A stretch of DNA of 64,000 nucleotides from Chloroflexota bacterium (GTDB taxonomy: Bacteria > Chloroflexota > Dehalococcoidia > E44-bin15). How positions within the stretch are numbered: position 1 is the stretch's first letter; each line of letters begins with the position of its first letter. Made by a program: the position numbers and the translations under genes. A model generated the notes under the pieces. It saw only the letters and a list, made by a program, of their open reading frames with translations, was not told the DNA's origin and ran no database searches. The stretch lies in assembly GCA_030604825.1 (NCBI GenBank), contig JAUVVB010000003.1:4224-68223 (forward strand), written 5' to 3'. Shown here one piece after another: positions 8,774-17,587 of this stretch.

Positions 8774-10045
8774 ATGATCAAAAAAGCTCGTAAGTTAGGA
8801 AGGGGGGTTGCTATAGTAGGCGCTGGAATGAGCAAATTCGGCACCTTCAGGGGAATGTCCGGTCGGGACCTGGTGGTGGAGGCCTTCAAGGAGATGAGGG
8901 CCTCCGTTGATAAGGGCTTCGACCCCAATGACATTGAGGCCTTATATGTAGGTAACCTTTCCAGCGACCTCTTCGAGGGGCAAGCCCATACTGCCCCCAT
9001 CATTGCCGACTGGCTGGGGATGATCCCCAAGCCGGCGACCAGGATCGAGGATGCCTGCGCCTCCAGCGGCGTTGCGCTCAGGGAGGGTATCATCGCCATC
9101 GCCTCCGGGCTTTATGACATCGTTCTGGTGGCTGGGGTGGAGAAGATGACCGACCTGCCCACGGAGAGGGTTACCGATACCCTGGCAGCCGCCGCCGATG
9201 CCATCTATGAGCTGCCCGCAGGCTTCACCTTCCCCGGGCTCTACGCCGCCATCGCCACCGCCCACATGAAGAAGTACGGGACCAAGATAGAGCACTTCAT
9301 GAAGGTGGCGATAAAAAATCACGATAATGGGGCGCTAAACCCCAAGGCCCAGTTCAATAGCTCCATCAGGGACATCATGGCCAGCCGCATGAAGAAGGCC
9401 GAGGAGCGGGGGCAGCCCGTTCCCGCCTGGAGGGATGAGATGGACTTCCTCAACGACCCCCAGGCTAATCCCATCATCGCCTGGCCGATGAGGCTGTTCG
9501 ATTGCTCCCCCATCACCGATGGTGCTGCCTGCATTCTGCTGGCGGCGGAGGAGATAGCCAAAAACTTCACCGACAATCCCATCTACATCATCGGCGCTGG
9601 TCAGGCAAGCGATGTCGCCCTTCATCAGCGGGAGGACCTCACCTCGATAACGGCGGCGAAGGTAGCTGCCCAGCAGGCCTATGAAATGGCGGGCGTTAAG
9701 CCTCAGGACATCCAGATAGCCGAGGTTCACGATTGCTTTACCATCGCCGAGATAGTGGCCACCGAGGACCTGGGCTTCTTCAACCCTGGCGAGGCGCCCA
9801 AGGCTGTGGAGGATGGAATTATGGCCAGGGACGGAGCCAAGCCCATCAACACCTCCGGCGGGCTCAAATCCAAGGGGCACCCGGTGGGGGCATCGGGTGC
9901 TGGCCAGGTGGTGGAGATTTGGAGCCAGATGAGGGGGGAGGCGGGAGCGCGCCAGGTCCGGGGCAAGGACATCACCCTGGCCCTGACCCACAATGTAGGT
10001 GCCACCGGCGGCACCTGCGTAGTTCATATCTATGAAAGGCGGTGA
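8774..10045 (+). CDS. SCP2/archaeal-type thiolase (acetyl-CoA acetyltransferase family)
   Basis: EDACASSG, EVHDCF, SKGHPVGASG, THNVG; GGAGGG RBS. Confidence 0.92.
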   Translation: MIKKARKLGRGVAIVGAGMSKFGTFRGMSGRDLVVEAFKEMRASVDKGFDPNDIEALYVGNLSSDLFEGQAHTAPIIADWLGMIPKPATRIEDACASSGVALREGIIAIASGLYDIVLVAGVEKMTDLPTERVTDTLAAAADAIYELPAGFTFPGLYAAIATAHMKKYGTKIEHFMKVAIKNHDNGALNPKAQFNSSIRDIMASRMKKAEERGQPVPAWRDEMDFLNDPQANPIIAWPMRLFDCSPITDGAACILLAAEEIAKNFTDNPIYIIGAGQASDVALHQREDLTSITAAKVAAQQAYEMAGVKPQDIQIAEVHDCFTIAEIVATEDLGFFNPGEAPKAVEDGIMARDGAKPINTSGGLKSKGHPVGASGAGQVVEIWSQMRGEAGARQVRGKDITLALTHNVGATGGTCVVHIYERR

Positions 10046-10463
10046 ATCGGTGGAACAGAGAGAATTTAGCGGCGCTTCCTTTTACCAGTTTCTAGGTGAA
10101 GGGAAGCTCATGGCTTCGAGGTGCAAAAAATGCGGCACCCTGTATCTGCCTCCCAAGCCCCTTTGCACCAGGTGCTATAGCAATGAGATGGAGTGGGCGC
10201 AGATGAAGGGGAAGGGAAAGCTGGCTGCCTTTACCACCATCGCTGTGGCCCCCACGCTGATGATGGAGGAGGGCTATGGCCGGGATAATCCCTACTGCAC
10301 CGGCGTGGTGGAGCTGGAGGAGGGCCCCAAGATCAGCGCCCGCATCCTGGGGGTGGACGCCAAGAAGCCCGAGGAAATCGAGGTTGGCACCCCGCTCACC
10401 GTGGAGTTTGTGGAGCGGGGTGAAGGCGAGCAGAAGAAGACGTTTCTGGCGTTCAGGGCGTAA
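10032..10463 (+). CDS. DUF35-type Zn-ribbon/OB-fold protein, thiolase partner
   Basis: CKKC...CTRC Zn ribbon plus OB fold (VVELEEGPKISARI); overlaps the thiolase end. Confidence 0.9.
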   Translation: MKGGESVEQREFSGASFYQFLGEGKLMASRCKKCGTLYLPPKPLCTRCYSNEMEWAQMKGKGKLAAFTTIAVAPTLMMEEGYGRDNPYCTGVVELEEGPKISARILGVDAKKPEEIEVGTPLTVEFVERGEGEQKKTFLAFRA

Positions 10464-10497
10464 TAGATAGCTTTCTGGCGAAAAAAGGAGGTGAGAG

Positions 10498-10827
10498 ATG
10501 GAAGCTGATAGGCTTCGTGGAGTGGCAGTGTCCTGCTTCGGGCTGATTCTTCTAACGGGCGCCATTCTGGTCCTGGTCTTCGTTCCCTCGTGGGGGCGAT
10601 GGGTGGCAGCATACCCGGCGCAGATAGCCGAATTGCCGTTCCCCCCCGAGGCAACCCCGATTGTTATGGGCCTCACCGCAATAATTGGCCCGCTCCTGGA
10701 GCAAATAGGTGGCTATATCCAGGCGGTGGGCTATTTCATCGGCAGCCTGCTGACGATCGTAGCAATAGGGCTAACCTCTATTGGCTTTTCTTTGGCAAGA
10801 GGGCAAGCCTCTAAACATCTGGAATGA
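10498..10827 (+). CDS. Hypothetical membrane protein
   Basis: AAGGAGG RBS; 2-3 hydrophobic segments. Confidence 0.65.
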   Translation: MEADRLRGVAVSCFGLILLTGAILVLVFVPSWGRWVAAYPAQIAELPFPPEATPIVMGLTAIIGPLLEQIGGYIQAVGYFIGSLLTIVAIGLTSIGFSLARGQASKHLE

Positions 10828-10913
10828 CGGAACTTCAAGGTGAGGATTCTTTTCGACTTACGAAAATCATGTAGCCCCGCTAGTGATTCTTATGGTGAAA
10901 GGAGAAGACTACA

Positions 10914-11393
10914 GTGACGAAAAACATTGTGATCGCAGTATTGGCCGTGGTACTGGTAGCTGCCATTGGTGTATGTGTCTATCTTGGTATTGCACTTTCT
11001 GATGCACGGTCTGAAAACGCCTCGCTACAGTCTGAATATGCCTCGCTACAGTCTGAATATGCCTCGCTAGAGTCTGAATATGAGAGCCATCAAGTCACGG
11101 TGGCGGATGTAGCCGCAAAGGCTGATCTCTACCTTGCCGTCGCCCGACTCAGGTGGCAGGACTCGGCGGAGTCTCCTTATTGGATGACGGATTGGGAATA
11201 CAAAAGGCACAGAGACCAGGTCTTGCGAGCTACCAACGATGGGCGCCTAATAGATGCAGCAGATACATGGTGGCATAGCGGGCCGGAGTCGGAAGAGTGG
11301 GATAACTGGCAGTACACTAGGGCACTAATCGAGGGTTTGGCTGAGACCCTGGATGATATCGGCTGTGAAGATTGGACATGGGTAACTGAATAG
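10914..11393 (+). CDS. Hypothetical membrane-anchored coiled-coil protein
   Basis: AAGGAG RBS, GTG start, N-terminal TM helix, heptad repeats SE(N/Y)ASL(Q/E). Confidence 0.65.
   Translation: MTKNIVIAVLAVVLVAAIGVCVYLGIALSDARSENASLQSEYASLQSEYASLESEYESHQVTVADVAAKADLYLAVARLRWQDSAESPYWMTDWEYKRHRDQVLRATNDGRLIDAADTWWHSGPESEEWDNWQYTRALIEGLAETLDDIGCEDWTWVTE
11010..11082 (+). repeat. In-frame 21-bp tandem repeat (~3.5 copies)
   Basis: tctgaaaacgcctcgctacag / tctgaatatgcctcgctacag / tctgaatatgcctcgctagag / tctgaatatg. Confidence 0.9.
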
Positions 11394-11584
11394 CAGCTCC
11401 AGGCACGGCTTGACAGACCAGGGAAGTTTGCCTACCCTACCCCTGCAGGAGTTCGTATATGGCCCTCGTTCCCTTCAAATCGTTCCCTCATAGAGGGACC
11501 TCGCTAGTCGGGCACAGAGCCCGGCTCGATAAACTACCAAGAATGTCTGCTGGTTTCAGTGCTGTCGGCTCACGGAGGTGCTGA

Positions 11585-11956
11585 ATGAAAGCAACCTACA
11601 AATCGAGGAGGAATTGGTCGCTTATCTTCTGGGGGGCAGCAGCAGTAATAGGGTGGGTCTTTGGCATTGCGAGCGATGCCAGTTGGCAGGCGGGGAGCTA
11701 TGGTGCTAGCGATTTCATGCTCGCTCTCAATCTCATCTTCTTCATTGCTGCTACAGTAGCGGTCTTTATGGCCTGCTACTACTGGGCAAGATACAAGGGG
11801 CGAAGCGGATGGTTCACCCTGTGCGGGCTGGTTGCCCCCCTGGGGTTCCTCATCCTCACCTTCATGGAGGACCAGTGGAAGGAGGGGCCGCCGCCAACAG
11901 ACGAGCTGCCCCAACCTCCCCCCTATATCGTGGCTGGCGGCCCGCCAAAGATATAA
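11585..11956 (+). CDS. Hypothetical membrane protein with Pro-rich tail
   Basis: GGAGG RBS; three hydrophobic segments; KGRSGW loop. Confidence 0.65.
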   Translation: MKATYKSRRNWSLIFWGAAAVIGWVFGIASDASWQAGSYGASDFMLALNLIFFIAATVAVFMACYYWARYKGRSGWFTLCGLVAPLGFLILTFMEDQWKEGPPPTDELPQPPPYIVAGGPPKI

Positions 11957-12078
11957 ATTGAGTAGGGAGAACTGTGAAATGAAGGGCGGGTAATGTCACT
12001 AATAAACAGCATTGACCTGTAGCCAGTTCCGCACCTAGCGTATCACCTTGCCCGAATGCATGTGCGGAGGTGAAAAGA

Positions 12079-12465
12079 ATGGAGCGGGATGCCAATGAGA
12101 TTGAGCAGGCGGAACTATAGGAGGAGGACGCGATAAGGGAGGTATATACTTTTGCCGCCGAAAGGTTGTCTGAAGGAGCATCTGAACAGCAGGTGTTTGA
12201 AGAGCTGAAGGAAAAGGGTGTGCCAGATGATGCGGCTATGGTCATTACGCGTGATGCGTGCAGTATCAGGGCAGCGGCTCGAAGGCGAAGCGGGCTGAAG
12301 GGTATCGGCTGTGGATTCCTCATGCTGGCAGTGGGGGGCATCATCACAGGGGTTACGTATGCTGCTGCGGCGGGAGGTGGATACTACATAATAACCATTG
12401 GTCTTTTTATAGCAGGTGCAATAGCTATCCTTACTGGCTTATGGAGACTTATCACTGCAAGATAA
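12079..12465 (+). pseudogene. Membrane protein ORF interrupted by an in-frame TAG (12118-12120)
   Basis: GGAGGTG RBS and ATG at 12079 are in frame with the 12166-12465 ORF; there is a single TAG at codon 14. Confidence 0.55.
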
Positions 12466-12509
12466 AGCAGAAAAGGGTGCCTATGAACTGCGCTTAAGGT
12501 AGAAAGGGG

Positions 12510-12728
12510 GTGAGCTACATGAGAACGATGTTGCTGTTTGCGGGGGGGCTAGCGGCGGTGGCAGCAGTGTTCAGTATGATTTCCCTACTTATTTGGTGGG
12601 TAGACTGGGCACAGTATGGGCAGTTTGAGCTACCAGTGGTATACGGCACATTAGACGGCTTTTGCGTCATTCTGATATATGGAGCCATAGCCATTGCTGC
12701 AATCGCCCTAGCTAGACGGGAATCATAG
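12510..12728 (+). CDS. Small hypothetical membrane protein
   Basis: AAAGGGG RBS; two hydrophobic segments. Confidence 0.55.
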   Translation: MSYMRTMLLFAGGLAAVAAVFSMISLLIWWVDWAQYGQFELPVVYGTLDGFCVILIYGAIAIAAIALARRES

Positions 12729-12737
12729 GAAGATAAG

Positions 12738-12845
12738 ATGGATGAGAAGCAATTAAGGCAGTTAGTAGCGGCACTCGAAAAAATCGCTAGGGAGCTGGAT
12801 GCGATTCATCGTGCCCTGGTGAACATTAGTGGTCGGCTACGCTAG
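12738..12845 (+). CDS. Putative 35-aa amphipathic peptide
   Basis: MDEKQLRQLVAALEKIARELDAIHRALVNISGRLR*; AGGAAG upstream; directly follows the preceding ORF. Confidence 0.4.
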   Translation: MDEKQLRQLVAALEKIARELDAIHRALVNISGRLR

Positions 12846-12910
12846 GCAAATGTCTAGGAACCCCGCCAGGACTACGAGGGCACAAGGCCCACTTGCCTGC
12901 TGAGTGTTGG

Positions 12911-13019
12911 ACCCCACCGCCACCGCAAAGGGTCTGTAGCCCCCACCTCAGGTTGTGGCGCACCATCCAGTGAACCATCTCGGTGAGATAGAGAACGCCG
13001 CTACAGCCAATGGGATGCC
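12911..13019 (-). repeat. Diverged 109-bp copy of the thiolase 3' coding region (13086-13194)
   Basis: 8 mismatches in 109 bp; 7 are synonymous in the thiolase frame and 1 is F>L. Confidence 0.9.
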
Positions 13020-13051
13020 TTTTTTTGAAGCGGATTTAGAGATGCCTTTTT

Positions 13052-14293
13052 CTATGTCTCCCTCTCCACAATGGTGGCAATCCCCACCCCACCGCCGCCG
13101 CAAAGCGTCTGGAGCCCCCACCTCAGGTTGTGGCGCACCATCCAGTGGACCATCTCGGTGAAATAGAGGACGCCGCTGCAGCCGATGGGATGCCCAAGGG
13201 CTATCGCCCCTCCGCTGGGATTTATCCTGGGGTCGTCATAGGCGACCCCGAACTCCTGGCAGAAGGCAAGCACTGGCGAGGCGAAGGCCTCGTTGGGCTC
13301 CCAGACCTCGATGTCATTGAAGGTAACGCCGGCGCGCGCCAGCGCCTTCTTCATCGCCGGAATGGGGCCGAGGAGCATGATTATCGGGTCATCGCCGGCC
13401 ACCGCCATCGACCTTATGGTCACCATGGGCTCAAGTCCCAGCTCCTCCGCCTTCTCCCTTGACATCAGCATGGTGGCTGCCGCCCCATCGACGATGCCCG
13501 AGGAATTCGCCGCCGTTACCTTGCCCTCTTTCTTAAACCTGGGCTCCAGCTCCTTCATCTTCTCATAGGCAGCCTCGGGGTCGTCCAGGGCTATAGCGCG
13601 AGGAGGCTCATCCTTATCCACCACTATTGTGGGTTCACCCTCCCGCTCGATCCTGACGGGCACGATCCTCTTCTTATACCACTCGTCATCCCTGAGTGCC
13701 TTCACCGCCTTCTGCTGGCTCCACAGGCCGAACCTGTCCATGTCCTCCCGGGACTGATTGTATTTTTCGCCAACCATCTCGGCGGCAACACCCATCAGCA
13801 CCAGCCCCCTTTTTACTACGTTGGGGTGAAAGGAAATCGGATAGCCACTCTTTTGCGCCGCCTCAAAGTCGGACATCATAGGGTAATGGGACATATTCTC
13901 CACCCCGGCGGCGATCATGATGTCGCCACAGCCGCACATAATTGCCTGAGCCTGAGAGTTGATCGCCTGAAGCCCAGCATTGCAGTAGCGGTTGATGGAC
14001 CAGCCGGCAACCTCATCGGGAAGCCCAGCGGCTATGACACCCATCCTGCCGATATTCATCCCCTGCTCTCCAATCTGGCTCAGGCACCCCACGGCCGCAT
14101 CCTCGATCTCAGCGGGGTTGAAGCGGGGGCACTTTGCTTTCACCCGCTCTACCAACCCCTCCAGGGCTGCGGCGATGAGATGCTGAGCGGAAACGTCGCA
14201 GAAGGCCCCCTTCTTCTCCATCCCCTTCCATCCCGACCTCCCGGTAGGGGTGCGCACTGCCTCGACAACCACTGCCTCTCTCAGTTCCTTCAT
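13052..14293 (-). CDS. Thiolase (acetyl-CoA C-acyltransferase)
   Basis: NRYCNAG, NEAFA, GGAIALGHPIGCSG, TLCGGGG catalytic motifs. Confidence 0.93.
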   Translation of the reverse strand: MKELREAVVVEAVRTPTGRSGWKGMEKKGAFCDVSAQHLIAAALEGLVERVKAKCPRFNPAEIEDAAVGCLSQIGEQGMNIGRMGVIAAGLPDEVAGWSINRYCNAGLQAINSQAQAIMCGCGDIMIAAGVENMSHYPMMSDFEAAQKSGYPISFHPNVVKRGLVLMGVAAEMVGEKYNQSREDMDRFGLWSQQKAVKALRDDEWYKKRIVPVRIEREGEPTIVVDKDEPPRAIALDDPEAAYEKMKELEPRFKKEGKVTAANSSGIVDGAAATMLMSREKAEELGLEPMVTIRSMAVAGDDPIIMLLGPIPAMKKALARAGVTFNDIEVWEPNEAFASPVLAFCQEFGVAYDDPRINPSGGAIALGHPIGCSGVLYFTEMVHWMVRHNLRWGLQTLCGGGGVGIATIVERET

Positions 14294-14296
14294 ATT

Positions 14297-15328
14297 TCAC
14301 CTCACGATTTTCTGGGGAAGCCTCTGGATGATCTCCTCTGCCTCCCTGATTATTTGGTCGATGAGCTCCTTTACTGTGGGGATATCCTCGATCCTGCCCG
14401 CTACCTCCCCGCAGAGCACGGCGCCCCCCTCCACATCCCCCTCGTAGATCAGGGCATACTTCTCCAGGTCCTCCCTGAGCTTCTCCAGGTCGGCAAACAT
14501 CTCCTTCTCCTGGGTGACCCTGGCCTCCTTGTCCACCGGCTTGGGGGCGGAGAGGGAATATTTGTTCTTGAGCAGCCTTATCGGGCCAAAGGCCCCTTGA
14601 ACTATGGTGGTATCGGTATCAGTCGAGCGGACGATGAAGTCCTTATAGTTTTGGTGGAACTCGCAGTCCCTGGTGGCAATGAACCTGGTTCCCATCTGAA
14701 TGCCAATAGCCCCCATCGTCAGGGAGGCTGCCAGTCCCGTGCCATCGCAGATGCCGCCACTGGCAATCACCGGTATCTTCAGCGCCTTCACCACCTCGGG
14801 GACCAGGACCACGGTGTTCACCTGCTCATAGGATTGGTGCCCTCCTCCCTCGTATCCGGTGGCGATGACGCCATCGCATCCCGCCGCTTCCACCCTCCTG
14901 GCGTGGTAGAGGGAGGGGGCGACGTGGAAATGGAGAAGCCCGGGGGATTTTCTTATCTCCTCTGCCGGTCGGCGGGGATCACCGGCGGAGGTGATGACCA
15001 GCTTGAGCCGCCTTTTTACCTCTGTGTCCCTCTCCCTGGCCTCAACGACCTCCTTGAGCACTGCTGGGGCATCGATCTGAATCCGGGCCACGCGGATATT
15101 CACCCCAAAGTTCCCCTCAGTATGCTCCATCAGGTACTGGATGGATTCCTTCATCTTCTCCGCCGGGTTGATGGGGGGCTCGGTTCCCACCCCCCAGTGG
15201 CTGATGATGCCAAAGGCTCCGGCATTGGAGACCGCAGCCGCCAGTTGCGCCGTGTCAAAGGGCCCCATCCCTGCCTGGATTATGGGGTGTTCTATGCCCA
15301 GCATTTCACAGAGTTCCGTCTTTATCAT
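14297..15328 (-). CDS. Nitronate monooxygenase / FabK-like FMN enzyme
   Basis: LGIEHPIIQAGM, GYEGGGH, PVIASGGI, QMGTRF; AAGGAGG RBS before the ATG at 15328. Confidence 0.88.
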   Translation of the reverse strand: MIKTELCEMLGIEHPIIQAGMGPFDTAQLAAAVSNAGAFGIISHWGVGTEPPINPAEKMKESIQYLMEHTEGNFGVNIRVARIQIDAPAVLKEVVEARERDTEVKRRLKLVITSAGDPRRPAEEIRKSPGLLHFHVAPSLYHARRVEAAGCDGVIATGYEGGGHQSYEQVNTVVLVPEVVKALKIPVIASGGICDGTGLAASLTMGAIGIQMGTRFIATRDCEFHQNYKDFIVRSTDTDTTIVQGAFGPIRLLKNKYSLSAPKPVDKEARVTQEKEMFADLEKLREDLEKYALIYEGDVEGGAVLCGEVAGRIEDIPTVKELIDQIIREAEEIIQRLPQKIVR

Positions 15329-15501
15329 GTTTTCCTCCTTGAAGACCGATCTATTGCTTCGATGATGAGAACCAAAGCCCAGCGACATTTTAGCTCCAAA
15401 ACGCCCTGTTGAAAAGCCCCCTGGAATATAGGCCTCGGTTGCCGAAAAGGGGTCCATGGTTTATATTAGTGCTGATCTTTTGGCAACCTTAAAGGGATAG
15501 A

Positions 15502-16758
15502 TTGTCAGCGCTTTTCCCCAGGGCAAGGTTTTACGGTTGGATAGCACTAGCAGGGGCAATGCTAGTGTATTTTTGTGGCTGTGGAACCGTATTCTACGCC
15601 TACGGCGTTTTCGTGCCTTCAATAATTGGGGAGTATGGCTGGTCCAGCACGGTGGTCTCGGGGGCGTTCTCCCTGTTCTTCCTTCTCGGTGGTCTTGCCG
15701 GCCCCCTCATCGGAGCCTCCATCGTCAGGTTCGGGCCGAGGGTTAATATCATCATCGGGAATGCCCTCGCCGCTTTCGGCCTAGCAGGCCTGTATTTTGC
15801 CACCCAGCCCTGGCACCTTTACCTATTTTTCGGGGTGCTGGTGGGGCTGGGTATTGGTTTCGGGCTGTTCGCCGCCACCACCGCGGTAGCCAACAACTGG
15901 TTCATCAGAAGAAGGTCGCTGGCGATGGCGCTTACCGTTGCCTCCGGTGGCCTAGGCGGCCTCGCCTTTCCCCCGTTGATCGCTTTGCTCATCAGCGCCA
16001 CCGGGTGGCATGCCGCCTGGTTGGTTTTGGCTGCCATCCAACTGGTGCTGGCGGTGGTGGTCGGTGGGGTGCTCCTCATCAGGGATAGGCCGGAGGACCT
16101 GGGGCAGTTGCCCGATGGCATGGCTGCCGGGGTGGTTTTGGACAGAGCGGCGCCATCGCCGGTTTACCACACGCCGGTGGATTGGGACGCGAAACAGGCG
16201 ATGAGGAGGCGCACCACCTGGCTGCTGGTTATCCTGGGTGCGGCCAACATCTTCGCCCTCAACATGATGACGGTGCACCAGGTGAAATATCTGGTGGATA
16301 TCGAGATCGACCCCGTGGTAGCAGCCACCGCTTTCGGCCTTCTTCCCGGGATGAGCATCCTGGGACGGCTTGGCTTTGGCGCACTGGCAGGAAGGATTGA
16401 GCCCAGATATTTGGCCACCATCTGTCTCGCCATACAGGCGGTGGCGGTGATCATCCTCATGAATGCCACTTCCCTGCCCCTGGTCTACCTCTATTCCGTG
16501 CTCTTCGGGATATGCTATGGGGGATTAATACTGGCTCACCCGACCATGATCGGGGCCTATTATGGACGAGCCCACTATGCCCAGATATTGGGCTGGCTAC
16601 TTCCCATAGTCACCGTCATTGGTGCCATTGCTGCCCCCTTGGCTGGCGCCGTTCATGACGCTACCAATACCTACACCCTTGCCTTTGTGGTGGTAATTGC
16701 CTTCTGCGCCCTGGGAGCGGTTTGTGCCTTTTGGGCCCGACCCCCAAAGCCACAATGA
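15502..16758 (+). CDS. MFS transporter (OFA/monocarboxylate-like)
   Basis: About 12 hydrophobic segments; GASIVRFGPR and WFIRRRSLA MFS motifs. Confidence 0.9.
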   Translation: MSALFPRARFYGWIALAGAMLVYFCGCGTVFYAYGVFVPSIIGEYGWSSTVVSGAFSLFFLLGGLAGPLIGASIVRFGPRVNIIIGNALAAFGLAGLYFATQPWHLYLFFGVLVGLGIGFGLFAATTAVANNWFIRRRSLAMALTVASGGLGGLAFPPLIALLISATGWHAAWLVLAAIQLVLAVVVGGVLLIRDRPEDLGQLPDGMAAGVVLDRAAPSPVYHTPVDWDAKQAMRRRTTWLLVILGAANIFALNMMTVHQVKYLVDIEIDPVVAATAFGLLPGMSILGRLGFGALAGRIEPRYLATICLAIQAVAVIILMNATSLPLVYLYSVLFGICYGGLILAHPTMIGAYYGRAHYAQILGWLLPIVTVIGAIAAPLAGAVHDATNTYTLAFVVVIAFCALGAVCAFWARPPKPQ

Positions 16759-16789
16759 GCTAGCATGATATAATAGCCCAGCGGGCATT

Positions 16790-17584
16790 ATGCTGAAAGG
16801 AGGAGCTTTGGAGTACCAGGACATCATCTACAGCAAAGAGGGGCACGTTGCCACCATCACCCTTAACCGCCCTGAGCGTCTCAATGCCTTCAGCATGGCG
16901 ATGATAGATAGCATTCAGCGGGCGCTTCAGGATGCTGCTGGGGATGAGCAGATCAGGGCCATCGTTATCACCGGGGCGGGGCGAGGGTTCTGTTCTGGCT
17001 TGGATATGAAATCGCCCCCCGATTTCGCTGCCGTCTCAGGAACGACCACGGTCCAGCTCCCTCGACTGCCCCTAATCGCCCTCGACATCGACAAGCCCAT
17101 GATCGCCTCTATCAATGGTCCCGCCATCGGGTGGGGGCTCGAGCTGGCTCTTCTGTGCGACATCAGAATTGCCGCCGAGGAGGCCAGGATTGGAGACCTG
17201 CACGTGAGCCGTGGCGTGATTGCCGATAACGGTGGGCTCTTTCTTCTACCGCGACTGATTGGTTGGGCCAGGGCCTGTGAGCTATACTTCTCGGGGCAAC
17301 TGATCGACGGCAAAGAGGCGGAGCACATCGGCCTGGTGAACCGGGCAGTGCCTCTGGAGCAACTGGAGGCGGCAACGCGGGAGGTGGTGAATAACATCAT
17401 CAAGCAGCCTCCCCTGGCGGTTCAGATGGCCAAGAGGGCGATGCGGGATGGGCTGGCCTCGGACCTGAAGGCGGTCCAGGACAACGTACTGCTCATCCTT
17501 CGCTTGCTGGTCCAGACCGAGGATTTCAAGGAAGCGATGAGCTCCTTTATTCAGAGGCGAGAGCCTCAATTCAGGGGTAGGTAG
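16790..17584 (+). CDS. Enoyl-CoA hydratase/isomerase (crotonase family)
   Basis: ITLNRPERLNA, GRGFCSGLD, GPAIGWGLELALLCD; an alternative TTG start at 16808 follows AGGAGG. Confidence 0.9.
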   Translation: MLKGGALEYQDIIYSKEGHVATITLNRPERLNAFSMAMIDSIQRALQDAAGDEQIRAIVITGAGRGFCSGLDMKSPPDFAAVSGTTTVQLPRLPLIALDIDKPMIASINGPAIGWGLELALLCDIRIAAEEARIGDLHVSRGVIADNGGLFLLPRLIGWARACELYFSGQLIDGKEAEHIGLVNRAVPLEQLEAATREVVNNIIKQPPLAVQMAKRAMRDGLASDLKAVQDNVLLILRLLVQTEDFKEAMSSFIQRREPQFRGR

Positions 17585-17587
17585 CGC

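Noticed and set aside
11010-11082. CRISPR array
   Set aside because: The repeats are contiguous with no spacers, in frame within a CDS, and no cas genes are present. No CRISPR array was seen anywhere in the window.
12118-12120. Pyrrolysine recoding
   Set aside because: There are no pyl genes or methyltransferase context in the window; a nonsense mutation or read error is simpler. Kept only as an open possibility.
12911-13194. Diversity-generating retroelement TR/VR pair
   Set aside because: Mismatches are not at adenines of the coding strand, 7 of 8 are synonymous, and there is no reverse transcriptase in the window.
13826-15412. 528-aa plus-strand ORF; similar long antisense ORFs at 952-1938, 33014-34054 and 58450-59766
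   Set aside because: They are antisense shadows of well-supported GC-rich genes and show no family motifs.
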